Assembly: GCA_963785725.1 (NCBI GenBank) | Contig: CAWAWS010000020.1 | Location: 192,001 to 256,000 of the forward strand | DNA: 64,000 bases | Source: an uncultured delta proteobacterium | GTDB lineage: Bacteria; Myxococcota_A; Polyangia; Palsa-1104 | Direction: 5' to 3' | In this document: in pieces, positions 41,806 through 51,857 of the stretch | How positions within the stretch are numbered: position 1 is the first letter of the stretch | How the letters are laid out: each line of letters opens with the position of its first letter | The notes under the pieces: model-generated | The model's input: the letters and a program-made list of their open reading frames with translations, nothing else | Told to the model about the DNA's origin: nothing | The model's database searches: none | Translations under genes and position numbers: made by a program

Positions 41806-42646
41806 CGACGTCGCCGATGGCCAAGCGGTAAAAGGCGTAGCCGCGATCGGTCGTGCCCAAGTAGCGCTGGCGGTAGTCGTCGGCGCCGTCGTCGGCGACG
41901 AGCCTGAGGCCGCAGTCGGCGACGAGCGCGGGCAGCGCATCGGGGCGCACGCCGAACGTCCACGGCTCGCCGAGCGCGCGCACGCGGCCGAGGATGTCGG
42001 CGCCGCCGGCGAAGTCGACGCCGCCGTCGAGCAAGCCGCCGTGAATGTAGGTGAAGACGACGCGACTGCCGGGCGCGCTGCCGCCGATCCAGCCGAGCAC
42101 GTGGCGAACCGCGCGCTCGGTCAGATAGTGGGTGACGCCTTCCCAGACGAAAACAGTCGGGATCTCGCGCTGCCAGCCGGCGGCGGCGAGGCGCGCGGCG
42201 ACGTCGTCACGCAAGAAGTCGACGGCGACGTAGTGAATGTCGTCGCGCGAACGGGCGCCGGCGTGGGCGAGGCGCGCCCGCTTGGCCGCCTGCGTCTCGG
42301 CGCGATCGACCTCGAACACGGCGCAATCGGCGAGCTCGACGAGGCGATGGGCGCGACAATCGAACCCGGCGCCGAGGATGACGAGCTGACGCGCGCCCGC
42401 TTTGCGGCAGGCGTCGTCGATGGCGGCGGTGCGCGCGATGGCCGACGTGCGCGCGCCCGGCGCTCGCGAATCGGCGTAGCGAGCGACGCGCGCGCGCAGC
42501 GGGCCGAGGCGCGCCGCGCGCACGGCCAGCGCCAGCGACGGCGGCAAGAACGCGGCGGCGTAGGGATCGCGCACACGCGGCCGCGGCTCCAGCGTCTCCA
42601 AGGCCCGATAGAGCGCGACATATTCGGCGGTGCGACTGACAGCCAT
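41795..42646 (-). CDS. SAM-dependent methyltransferase (LCM family)
   Basis: SRTA...RA.E, DPYA, LVILGAGFDCRA, WEGVTHYL. Confidence 0.88.
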   Translation of the reverse strand: MAVSRTAEYVALYRALETLEPRPRVRDPYAAAFLPPSLALAVRAARLGPLRARVARYADSRAPGARTSAIARTAAIDDACRKAGARQLVILGAGFDCRAHRLVELADCAVFEVDRAETQAAKRARLAHAGARSRDDIHYVAVDFLRDDVAARLAAAGWQREIPTVFVWEGVTHYLTERAVRHVLGWIGGSAPGSRVVFTYIHGGLLDGGVDFAGGADILGRVRALGEPWTFGVRPDALPALVADCGLRLVADDGADDYRQRYLGTTDRGYAFYRLAIGDVVSD

Positions 42647-42731
42647 CGTGACGACTATAACCGGCAGGAGGCGCGCGATCTTCCCGCGACAACGGCTACG
42701 GGCGGCCGCCGCCGGTGCTACGCTTTGGGGC

Positions 42732-43481
42732 GTGCGCGTTCCCATCGGCAAGCTGCTGGTCGCGGCCTTCGTGGCGCTGGCGCTCTTGCCGCTCGGCTGC
42801 GCCAGCCGCTGGGAGACGCGCGCGTTTCCGCCGGCGCGCTTCGACGCCGTCATCGTGCCCGGCTGCCCGTCGGAGGACGACGGAGCGCTGTCGATGTGCC
42901 AGATGAGCCGCGCCGCCTGGGCGACGATCTTGTGGCAGCGCGGCGTCGCCGGCGCGTTCATCGTCTCCGGTGCGGCGGTGCATTCGCGTTATGTCGAGGC
43001 CGAGGCGCTGGCGGCGGGCATGACGGCGCTCGGTGTGCCCGCCGATCGCATCTACGTCGAGCCCAACGCGCTGCACACCGACGAGAACATGTTCTATTCG
43101 CTGCAGATGGCCCGCGCGCTCGGGTTTTCGCGGCTGGCGGTGGCGTCGCAGAAGGGCCACGCGGCCTGGGGTTGCCAGATGCTGGTCGATTGGGGTCAGC
43201 CCTGTCGCGCGCTGTCGGTCGATCTGACGGCGGTCAAGGCGTTGAACCCGCTGCCGCGGCTGACGCTCGTGCGCACGCGCGCAGCCGCCGATTATCTGCC
43301 CATCGACGAGCGCGAGCGGGCGCTGGCGCTCCTGCGCGGACGGCGCCGGCCGCCGTCGTATTTGCTCTATCCGTACATCGGCTATCTGCGCCTCAACGGC
43401 GAGCGCTGGGTGCCGTCGCCGCCGCGCGCGCCGTCGCCGCCGCACACGTGGGCCGCGCTGCAAGCGACGCGGGCGCAATAG
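42732..43481 (+). CDS. YdcF/DUF218 family lipoprotein
   Basis: DAVIVPG, IVSG, EAE, EPNALHTDEN; lipobox LGC. Confidence 0.85.
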   Translation: MRVPIGKLLVAAFVALALLPLGCASRWETRAFPPARFDAVIVPGCPSEDDGALSMCQMSRAAWATILWQRGVAGAFIVSGAAVHSRYVEAEALAAGMTALGVPADRIYVEPNALHTDENMFYSLQMARALGFSRLAVASQKGHAAWGCQMLVDWGQPCRALSVDLTAVKALNPLPRLTLVRTRAAADYLPIDERERALALLRGRRRPPSYLLYPYIGYLRLNGERWVPSPPRAPSPPHTWAALQATRAQ

Positions 43482-43512
43482 CGACAGCGACGGCAGCCGT
43501 GTATGATGCGGC

Positions 43513-44415
43513 GTGGCCGCCGACCCGTTCGCATTCGCCGAGGTCAACGCGCGCACCGTCGCCGCCGGTCGCAACGCGCGCGAGGAGCTGACCCGCCGCC
43601 TCGACGTCACCGCCGAGGACGACGTCAAGAAGCTGCGCGCCTCGCCGTCGTGGGAGCTGCTCTTGACCTTTTGTATCGAAGGGCCGCTCAACATCGACTG
43701 GTACGACACGAAGATCGCGGCCTGGAAGCTGCGCCAGCAGGCGTTCTTGAGCGCCTCTCTGTTGGTGACCGTGGCCGTGGTCGGGCTGCTCGTGTGGCGA
43801 CAGACGAACGACTCGACCATCGCGCAGCTCAGCGCCGCCGTCGCCGCGCTCATCGCCGGCGTGCGCATCCTGGCCGGCGCCAGCGACGTCAAGGCGCAGC
43901 TGGGCGGCTTTTGGCGCGCGCGCGCCGACCTGAAGGAGCAGTTCTTGACCTTCGAGCAGGCGTGGCGCGGCAAGATCCTCGTCGCCGGCGTCGTCGCCGA
44001 TGGGCTCGAGATGGCGCTGTGGTCGGAGATCGTCAACGCGCGCCACGTCGTCCGCGTCGAGCGCGACACCTATTTCGCGACGTTCGCGGCGCCGGCCGAC
44101 GCGGTCGCCGCCGCCACCGCCGGGCTCGACGCCGTCTTCGGTCGCGCCAAGGAGCTCGCCGTCGTGCAGGCAGCGCGCGTCGCGCCGGTCGCCGAAGCGC
44201 GCCGGCAGCTCGACGTGGCCAAGGCCGAGCGCGCGGCGCAGGCGACGATGCAGGCGCTCTTGGCCGTGCAGCCGGCGACGATGAGCCACGACGACTGGCA
44301 GCGGGCGCGCGCCGAGGCCGACGCCGGTCACGCCAAAGCCGAAGCGGAAGTGGCGCGCTATACCGATTTGCTGCGTTCGACGGCCAAGGCGGCCACGCTC
44401 AACCCATCGCCGTAG
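43513..44415 (+). CDS. two-TM protein, SLATT/DUF4231-like, with helical C-terminus
   Basis: IDWYDTK-TM-TM-FWRARADLKEQF. Confidence 0.6.
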   Translation: MAADPFAFAEVNARTVAAGRNAREELTRRLDVTAEDDVKKLRASPSWELLLTFCIEGPLNIDWYDTKIAAWKLRQQAFLSASLLVTVAVVGLLVWRQTNDSTIAQLSAAVAALIAGVRILAGASDVKAQLGGFWRARADLKEQFLTFEQAWRGKILVAGVVADGLEMALWSEIVNARHVVRVERDTYFATFAAPADAVAAATAGLDAVFGRAKELAVVQAARVAPVAEARRQLDVAKAERAAQATMQALLAVQPATMSHDDWQRARAEADAGHAKAEAEVARYTDLLRSTAKAATLNPSP

Positions 44416-44447
44416 CCTCGACTGCTGACCTGTTTAGGTCGTAACGC

Positions 44448-45344
44448 CTACTGCCCGAAGGTGTTGCACTGCGCCGGATCGCCCGTTTGCATGCCGGTCT
44501 CGAACCAGTGCATGCGCTCTTGCGCCGAGCCGTGCGTGAAGCTCTCGGGGTTCACGCGGCCCTGCATTTCCTTCTGAATGCGATCGTCGCCAACGGCGGC
44601 CGCGGCGTCGAGCGCCTGCGCGATCTCGCTGCGGCTGACGGTGCCTTTGTCGTACGCGGCGTGACCCCAGACGCCGGCGAAGCAGTCGGCCTGCAGCTCG
44701 AGCTTCACCGACAGCGGGTTCTGCTGGCTCGGGTTCGCTTGCTCCAACAGACGCATGCGCCGCTCGATGCCCATCAAGTCCTGAATGTGATGCCCGTATT
44801 CGTGCGCCACCACGTAGGCCTCGGCGAAGTCGCCGCCACGCGCGTGAAAGCGCCGCGACAGCTCCTCGAAGAAGCCGAGATCGAGGTAGACCTTGCCGTC
44901 GCGCGGGCAATAGAACGGGCCGGTCTGGGCGCTGGCCGTGCCGCAACCGGACGCCGTGGCGTCGCTGAAGAGGACGAGGTGCGCCGGACGATAAGGCTGG
45001 CCGTCGGCGGCGAAGCGCTTCTGCCAGAAGTGCTGCACGTTGGAGACGACGCACGAGATGAACTTGGCCGGATCGCTCGTCGACGTGACGCCTTGGCAGC
45101 TGCCGCCGAGCGATTGGTTGTCGCGCCCGGCGTATTGCGGCGCCTGCTGCGTCGGATAGGGCTGCCCGCCGCCGCCGCCGTTGTCGACGACGACGTTGCC
45201 GCCGAGCAGCCGGATGAGCACGTAGGCGACGACGCCGACGAGGCCGAGCCCGCCGCCGCCGAGCACCATGGGACCGCCAAAGCTCTGCCCGCGCCGGTCT
45301 TCGACCTGCGAGCTGTCGGCGTCGTCGTCGTTCCCGAAGTTCAT
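44448..45344 (-). CDS. neutral zinc metallopeptidase (YpfJ family)
   Basis: VEDRRG, GPFYCP, AHEYGHH, ELQADC, ESFTHGS. Confidence 0.93.
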   Translation of the reverse strand: MNFGNDDDADSSQVEDRRGQSFGGPMVLGGGGLGLVGVVAYVLIRLLGGNVVVDNGGGGGQPYPTQQAPQYAGRDNQSLGGSCQGVTSTSDPAKFISCVVSNVQHFWQKRFAADGQPYRPAHLVLFSDATASGCGTASAQTGPFYCPRDGKVYLDLGFFEELSRRFHARGGDFAEAYVVAHEYGHHIQDLMGIERRMRLLEQANPSQQNPLSVKLELQADCFAGVWGHAAYDKGTVSRSEIAQALDAAAAVGDDRIQKEMQGRVNPESFTHGSAQERMHWFETGMQTGDPAQCNTFGQ

Positions 45345-45406
45345 GCCGTTATTGTACGCGCGCCGCGGCGCCGTCCAAGCGGCACTTTCGCGACCTTCGG
45401 CCGCGT

Positions 45407-46063
45407 CTAATCGAGCGGCAGCTGATGACGCGCGGCGAAACGAACGAGGTCGACGATGGAGTGCACGCCGAGCTTGCGCAGCACGTGCGCCCGATGCGTC
45501 TCCACCGTCTTCGGGCTGATGCCGAGCAGCCCCGCGATGCGCCGATTGGTGTGGCCGCGCACCAGCAGCTGGAAGACGTCGCGCTCGCGCCGCGACAGGT
45601 TGTCGCACGGCCCCTTGGTCGCCTCGAGGTCGCCGGCCATGCGCACGCGCGGCCGCTCGCTCGGCATGAGGTGCGCCAGCGACGGCGCGAGATAGAGGCG
45701 CCCGGCCGCCACCTGCCGCAGTGCTTCGAACACTTGCACCGACGGCTGCTGCTTGAGCGCGAAGCCGCGCGCCCCCGCGGTCAGCGCGCGCTGCACGGTG
45801 TCGTCGCTGCCGTGGTTGCCGAGCACGAGCACCTTGGTGGCCGGCGTGCGCCGTCCGAGCTCGGCCGTCAAGGCCGCGCCGCCGACGCCGTCTACCTCTT
45901 GGCCGAGGATGACGACGTCGGGCCGCAGCTGCTCGGCCTGCGCCACGACGGCCGGCAGCGCGGCAGCCTCGCCGACGACGTCGAAGTCGGGCTGCGTGGC
46001 CAGCAAGAGACGAAATCCTTCACGGAAGAGCTCACGATCGTCAATCAAGAGCAGCGTCATCAT
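45407..46063 (-). CDS. NarL/LuxR family response regulator, atypical receiver
   Basis: IDD...PDVVILGQE; LSRRERDV...SPKTVETHR. Confidence 0.9.
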   Translation of the reverse strand: MMTLLLIDDRELFREGFRLLLATQPDFDVVGEAAALPAVVAQAEQLRPDVVILGQEVDGVGGAALTAELGRRTPATKVLVLGNHGSDDTVQRALTAGARGFALKQQPSVQVFEALRQVAAGRLYLAPSLAHLMPSERPRVRMAGDLEATKGPCDNLSRRERDVFQLLVRGHTNRRIAGLLGISPKTVETHRAHVLRKLGVHSIVDLVRFAARHQLPLD

Positions 46064-46582
46064 CGCTAGTTGCCTCCCCGGCGGCCGCGCACACAGTACG
46101 CATGCGTCAAACGCCCGCAAGGGAGCGCGCTCAATTTCCCGCTACCCCAGCGAGGGTACGCGGGAAAAGCATGACGATATCGTCGCCGCCGTGCGGTCAC
46201 ATGCGACTACGATCGCCGCGCTGCACGTTCATGAGCAGGGGCTAGCGCGGAAGCTCGATGGACCGGCGATTCAGTTATGGCGCGTACGGCATCGCAGTCA
46301 AGAGAGCACGCGAGACGCACGCCCGCAGCCACATTTGGGCGCCGGCGACCGGTGTGCGCGCCCGCGCGGTTCGGTGAGCGCGCCCACGCGCGAGCGGCGC
46401 GCGGCTTTATTTCATACAGATTCGATTCGCCATTTAAACGATAAGGAGCTGTGTATTTGTCGGTAAGGCGATTTGTCGCGTCTACCGTCGCTGGCGTAGG
46501 CGCACACTCAGCGTCGATGTGATTATCAACTCATTTGTTCATTTGGCTTTCAAAGTCGTTTTCGCGGGCGCTAAAGTGCCGC

Positions 46583-47503
46583 ATGACCGGTCCGCGGACC
46601 CGCCCCACCGCTCGGCAGGCCGTGGTCGCAGCGGCGATGGCCGCGGCCGGGATCGCGCTCGCCGTCGGTGCGCGCTGGAGCGCGGCGCGCTCGCTGGAGG
46701 ACGCGCGGCTGCAGACGGCGGAAGTGGCCGAGCGGCTCGGCGGCGAGCTGCAGGCGACGGCGGCGACGGCGCGCCGGCACGCCGAACGGCTGGCGCTCTT
46801 GCGCGCGGTGCGCGTGGCCGTCGAGACCGATCGCTCCGCCGTGCAGCGCGTGCTGCGCACCGACGCGCTCGCCTTGACGCCGGCGGCGAACGAGACGATC
46901 GAGCTGTTTCAGCTGCCGCGCGGCGGAAAGCTGACGTCGCTCCTGCGCGCGCCGGCGCGGGCGCGACCGCTCGTGCCGCGGCAGACGAACGAGCTGCGCG
47001 TCGAAGCGGCGGCTGACGGCGGCGCGACGCTGACGCTGCTCGTGGTGACGCCGATCGATCCATTGTACGTGCAAGGCGCGGCGATGACGGGCGCGGTGGC
47101 GGTGGCGACGCCGCTGCCGATCGCCGAGCTGGTGGCGCCGCTGGCCGAGCATGGGCTCGCGGCGCGGCTGCTCGGGCTGGCGACGCCGCTGCCGCTGTCG
47201 GCGCTGCCGCTGCCGCCGCCGGCGAACGCGCGGCTCGTGAGCGCGAACGTGCCGCTGCCGCCGGGCGCGCGGCCGCTGACGCTGCGCGTGGCGCTGCCGG
47301 CCAACGGCAGCGGCGTCTTGCGGCTCGGGCGCGGGCTGCTCGTGGCCGCCTTCGTGCTGGCGCTGTGGACGCTCGTGCAGCTGCGCCGGCGCCGTGACGA
47401 GCCTGCCGATGCCGAGGACGCGACGACGACGCGGCCGACGTCGGCGCGGCTACCATTCGGCAGCCGATTCACGATCAGCGCTCGCCGCGCGCTGAAGCCT
47501 TGA
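46583..47503 (+). CDS. membrane protein with periplasmic region between two TMs
   Basis: N-terminal TM, C-terminal TM followed by RRRR. Confidence 0.55.
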   Translation: MTGPRTRPTARQAVVAAAMAAAGIALAVGARWSAARSLEDARLQTAEVAERLGGELQATAATARRHAERLALLRAVRVAVETDRSAVQRVLRTDALALTPAANETIELFQLPRGGKLTSLLRAPARARPLVPRQTNELRVEAAADGGATLTLLVVTPIDPLYVQGAAMTGAVAVATPLPIAELVAPLAEHGLAARLLGLATPLPLSALPLPPPANARLVSANVPLPPGARPLTLRVALPANGSGVLRLGRGLLVAAFVLALWTLVQLRRRRDEPADAEDATTTRPTSARLPFGSRFTISARRALKP

Positions 47504-48564
47504 CGGTGCCCAACTTGCGGCTCGATGCCGCCTCGCGCGCGCACTTGCTGACGGCGAACGTGCCCGAGCCGATGGATGACGCGACGACGGAGAAGCAGAC
47601 GTCGCAAGGCCACCTCGTGCTCGCGTGGAGCCAGCCGATGCCGACGCCGATCACGCACCTCGACCCGCCGCCGACGGCGCCGCTGCAGCTGTATAGCGAG
47701 CCGCGCGCCGATCTCTTGTCGGGCAGCTATCGGCTCTTGCACCTCATCGGTCGCGGCGCGGCGGCCGACGTCTATCTGGCGCAATGTTTCGTGCCCGGCG
47801 CGCCCAGCACCGTCGCGCTCAAGCTGCTCGCGGCCGGGACGCTCGGCGGCAGCGGCGAGCGCTTCTTGGCCGACGCGCGCCGCCAGCTGCGCGTGACGCA
47901 TCCCAACGTCGTGCAGGTGCATGACGTCGGCGTCGAGCGCATCGGCTACGTGGCGATGGAGTACGTCGAAGGCTGCACGCTGGCCAAGCTGATGGACGAT
48001 CTCGTGACGCGCGACGAGCCGCTGCCGCTGCCGCAAGCCGTGGCCATCGTCGCCGGCATCGCGCACGCGCTGGAGGCGGCGCGAGAGGCGCGCGACGAGT
48101 CGGGCGCGCGCCGGCCCCTCGTGCACGGCGCGGTCAAGCCGTCGAACGTGCTCATCGGGCGGCACGGCGCCATCAAGCTGGGCGACTTCGGCGCGCCGCC
48201 GTCGGCCGGCGAGCGGCGCGCGCCCGAGCAGTACGCGGGCAAGCCGGCCAATCGGCGCAGCGACGTGTATGCGCTCGGCGTCATCCTGCACGAGCTGGTG
48301 GCCAATCGGCGCGTGCTCGCGGCGCCGCCGAGCAGCATGACCTCGTGGCCGCCCTTGCCGGCGCCGTCGACGCTGCGGCCGGAGCTGCCGCACGCGCTCG
48401 ACGGCGTCATCGCCCGCGCCACGCGCTTCGGGCCGCGCGGACGCTACGCCGACGCCGCCGAGCTGCTCGACGAGCTGCAGCGCGCGACGGCGTACGCGGC
48501 CGCGCGCGAGCGACCGAGCGGCGTCCTCGGCGACTGGGTCGAGCGCGCGCGCCGCTCGTCGTAA
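47500..48564 (+). CDS. Ser/Thr kinase-like protein (probable pseudokinase)
   Basis: IGRG, VALK, HGAVKPSN, DFG, APEQ, SDVYALG. Confidence 0.8.
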   Translation: MTVPNLRLDAASRAHLLTANVPEPMDDATTEKQTSQGHLVLAWSQPMPTPITHLDPPPTAPLQLYSEPRADLLSGSYRLLHLIGRGAAADVYLAQCFVPGAPSTVALKLLAAGTLGGSGERFLADARRQLRVTHPNVVQVHDVGVERIGYVAMEYVEGCTLAKLMDDLVTRDEPLPLPQAVAIVAGIAHALEAAREARDESGARRPLVHGAVKPSNVLIGRHGAIKLGDFGAPPSAGERRAPEQYAGKPANRRSDVYALGVILHELVANRRVLAAPPSSMTSWPPLPAPSTLRPELPHALDGVIARATRFGPRGRYADAAELLDELQRATAYAAARERPSGVLGDWVERARRSS

Positions 48565-48591
48565 CCGCGCGCAATCGGGTACAGTAAGGCC

Positions 48592-49233
48592 ATGCCCGAG
48601 CCGTTGTTCGTCGTCGGAGACGTGCAAGGATGCCACGCCGAGCTGGTCGATCTGCTGCACGCGGCCCGCTTCGATCGGCAGACGCATCGGCTGGCGCTCG
48701 TCGGCGACCTCATCAACCGCGGACCGGACAGCCGCGGCGTGCTCGAGCTGGCGCGCAGCTACGACGCGCTCGTCGTCATCGGCAACCACGAGGACGCGTT
48801 CTTGAGCGGCGTCACCGGCGAGACGATGGACCGCGTGCGCGCGCAGCTCGGCGCCGACTTGGCCCCGTGGACCGAGTGGATGCGCGCCTTGCCGACCTAT
48901 CTGCGCGTCGACGACGGCAAAGCGGGCGTCGTGCTCGTCCACGCCGGCATCGCGCCCGGCAAGCGACCGGAGACGAGCACGCGCGCCGAGCTGACGCGCA
49001 TCCGCGCCGTCGACGGCGAGCCCTGGTTCGCGTCGTGGAAGGGCCCGGAGACGGTCATCTTCGGCCACTGGGCCAAGCGCGGCAAAGTCGATCTGCCGCT
49101 CGCCAAAGGCCTCGACACCGGCTGCGTCTACGGCGGCAAGCTCACCGGCATTTACTGGCCCGAGGCGCAGTGGGTCGCAGTGCCCGCGCGCAAGACCTGG
49201 TTCGATCCCGTCGCGCACCATCCGCGCTGGTGA
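48592..49233 (+). CDS. metallophosphoesterase (ApaH/PPP-like)
   Basis: GDVQG, GDLINRGPDS, GNHE, VHAG, FGHW, LDTGCVYGG. Confidence 0.9.
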   Translation: MPEPLFVVGDVQGCHAELVDLLHAARFDRQTHRLALVGDLINRGPDSRGVLELARSYDALVVIGNHEDAFLSGVTGETMDRVRAQLGADLAPWTEWMRALPTYLRVDDGKAGVVLVHAGIAPGKRPETSTRAELTRIRAVDGEPWFASWKGPETVIFGHWAKRGKVDLPLAKGLDTGCVYGGKLTGIYWPEAQWVAVPARKTWFDPVAHHPRW

Positions 49234-49414
49234 AGAGCGCGTGACGGCCGGCGCGGCGTCGTCTTTCGCGCACGCTGCGATCGTCGTGTCCGCGCGCCCA
49301 CTTCGCCGGCGCCACCGAGCAGCGTTTCCACCTAGGCAATAGATCTTTCCACCTGGGCGTCTGGTTGGCCGTCGCTTCGCCGTGCTAACAGCTGCGTCGA
49401 AGAGAGGTTCCCCT

Positions 49415-50251
49415 ATGACGCGACACCTTTGGCTTACGGCTTCTTTTGCGGCATTTTCGCTCGTCGGTTGCGGCGGCGGCGGCTCGGCCGCGGTCACCGG
49501 CCTCAAGATCGTCCCGGCCTCGTCGGCGACGGCGGCGTTGACGGCGCAAGTCGGTGACGCGCTCCAGCTCAGCGTCGTCGAGACGCTGGCCGACGGGACC
49601 AGCAAAGCCTTGCCGGCGAGCGCCAGCGTCGCTTGGTCGGGCATTCCGACCGTGGCGGCGCTCGATCCGTCGAGCGCGGCGGCGAGCCCGATTCCGTCGC
49701 CGGGCGCGACGCCGACGGCGTTCTTCATCGCCAACGCCGGGCGTCCCGATCACGCGACCGACTTGAACGGCGTCGTCTTCGTCATGGACGGCGGCACGAG
49801 CGGCGCGGGCACCATCAGCGTCAGCGCCAACGTCACCGGCGTCAGCGGCGCCACGACGGCGTCGGCGTCCGTCGCCATCACGGCGGCGCCGACGGGCAAC
49901 GCCGCCAACGGCCAGACGCAGTACGCGGCCAGCTGCGCCGCGTGCCACGGCGCGACCGGCGCCGGCTCGCCGCCCGTCACCGGCTCGACGACGATGTTCG
50001 GCCTCGAAGGCAAGACCTACGACTATCCGGCGCCGGGCTTGAACGCGATCGCGGGCAATGTCGCGGGCGATCCCGACTGGACCGTGGCGCTGTTCGCGAT
50101 CGGGTCGCGCGCCGACATCGACAACGGCGGCCTGACGCTGCGCGCGCCGATGCCCGATTGGCTCGCCGAGACCGTGGGCACGACGAATCAGCCGCTCACG
50201 ACGCAGGACTTCTACGATATCTTCGCCTATATGGCGACGCAGACGCAGTAG
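49415..50251 (+). CDS. c-type cytochrome lipoprotein
   Basis: Lipobox LVGC, Ig-like region, CAACH, distal MP. Confidence 0.8.
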   Translation: MTRHLWLTASFAAFSLVGCGGGGSAAVTGLKIVPASSATAALTAQVGDALQLSVVETLADGTSKALPASASVAWSGIPTVAALDPSSAAASPIPSPGATPTAFFIANAGRPDHATDLNGVVFVMDGGTSGAGTISVSANVTGVSGATTASASVAITAAPTGNAANGQTQYAASCAACHGATGAGSPPVTGSTTMFGLEGKTYDYPAPGLNAIAGNVAGDPDWTVALFAIGSRADIDNGGLTLRAPMPDWLAETVGTTNQPLTTQDFYDIFAYMATQTQ

Positions 50252-50335
50252 CCGCGCCCGCGCGCTTCGCCCCTCGCCTTCGCCTCGACTGCACGCGCCC
50301 ACGCCCGCTTCCGCGCCGTCGCTCGTGACACCGGC

Positions 50336-51520
50336 TCAGCGGAAACGATCGAGCAGCGTGGCGACGACCATGTCGCTGGCGACGTTGGCGGCGGCGCGCA
50401 GCCGGCCGAGCAGCCAATCGACCGGCAACAACAGCGGCGCCGCCGCCAGCGGCAGGCCGACGCGACCGAACACGAGCGTCAACGTCATCATCCCCGCTTC
50501 CGGCACACCCGCGATCCCGACCGCCGCCGCCACCGACTGTCCGATGAGCGTCAGCTGCTGGTCGAAGCCGAGCGGAATGCCGTAGAGCTGCGCCACGAAC
50601 AGCGCCGCCGTCGCTTCGTAGAGGATGATGCCGTCGTGGTTGAGGTTGGTGCCGACGACCGCGGCCAGCCGCGCCGACGGCTCCGAGACCTGCATCTCGC
50701 GATCGAGCGTCCGCAGCGTCACCGGCAGCGTCGCCAGGCTCGAGCCGGCGGCCAGCGCCGTGCCGAGCGCGTCGGCGCCGTGGCGGAAGAAGCGCGCCGG
50801 CGAGCGCCGCGCGACGACGGCCAGCACCAGCGAGTACCAGCCGAACACGTGCAGCACGATGCCCGCGGTCACCATGAGGATGAAGAGGCCGAGGACGGGA
50901 AACATCGCCAGACCGCTCGTGCCGACGATGCTGGCCATGACGCCGAACATCGCCAGCGGCACGAAGCGCACGATGAAGCCGAGCGCCGCCAAGAAGAGGC
51001 CGAGCAGCCGCTTGGCCACGCTCGCCGCCACGCGCGCCGGCGCCAGCGTCCGCGTCAGGCGCAGGAGAATGCCCGTCGTGAGCGCCGCCAAGATGACCCA
51101 CAAGAGGTTCCTGACCGCGAAGTGATCGAGGAAGTGTTTGACGAGGTCGAGCGTGCTCACCGGCGCCGGCCGATTGACGATGGCGCGCAGCTTGGCGACG
51201 TCGACGAAGCGACCGAGCGGCAGCGCGTGGCCGAGACCGAGCGCGATCGCCGCCGCGACCAGCGCGTTGATGGCGCTGACCGGCAGGAGGATGAGCGCGC
51301 GCCTGAGCGGCACCTGCGTGGCGCTGATCGTGTCGACGATGGCGAAGAAGACGAGCGGCGTCGCCAGCAGCTTCAGGAGCGCGATGAACAGCTGCGCCAG
51401 CTCGCCGAGAATGGCCGCGCGCGCGCCCAGGCCGCGACCGACGAGGCCACCGGCGACGAGGGCGAGGAGCAGCTGAGCGAGCAAAGGCACGCGCGGGCGC
51501 GGCGCGGCGGCGTCGTGCAT
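50336..51520 (-). CDS. dicarboxylate/amino acid:cation symporter (DAACS)
   Basis: SSLATLP, TNLNHDG, AGVP, DWLLGRLRAAANV. Confidence 0.88.
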   Translation of the reverse strand: MHDAAAPRPRVPLLAQLLLALVAGGLVGRGLGARAAILGELAQLFIALLKLLATPLVFFAIVDTISATQVPLRRALILLPVSAINALVAAAIALGLGHALPLGRFVDVAKLRAIVNRPAPVSTLDLVKHFLDHFAVRNLLWVILAALTTGILLRLTRTLAPARVAASVAKRLLGLFLAALGFIVRFVPLAMFGVMASIVGTSGLAMFPVLGLFILMVTAGIVLHVFGWYSLVLAVVARRSPARFFRHGADALGTALAAGSSLATLPVTLRTLDREMQVSEPSARLAAVVGTNLNHDGIILYEATAALFVAQLYGIPLGFDQQLTLIGQSVAAAVGIAGVPEAGMMTLTLVFGRVGLPLAAAPLLLPVDWLLGRLRAAANVASDMVVATLLDRFR

Positions 51521-51857
51521 CGGCGCATCCTAGACCGCTTTTTTGGCGAATGGATCGACGAAGGCGGCCGAAATCGCCGGCCGCTGACGAGCGGCGGTCA
51601 GCGGCGAGTGACGTAGCCGGCGTCTTGATTGCCGGCGACGGCACGGCCGCACCCGCTGCCGCGCTCGATCGGCGACGCGAGCATCGAGCGGTGCGCGCGA
51701 TCATCGCCAGCACGTCGCCCTCGAGGCTGCCCAGCGCCTGCTCGGGCTGCTTGCGATCGACGGTCAAATTGCCGTCGCCGGCGTCTTGCAAGGCGAGCGG
51801 CGGCGAGCCGCGCGCCAATCGTGCGGCTCGGCGATGCCGGGCGCGGCGGGCGTCGCG

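Noticed and set aside
50252..50335. Pyrimidine-rich short repeats between convergent genes
   Set aside because: Low complexity with no consistent unit
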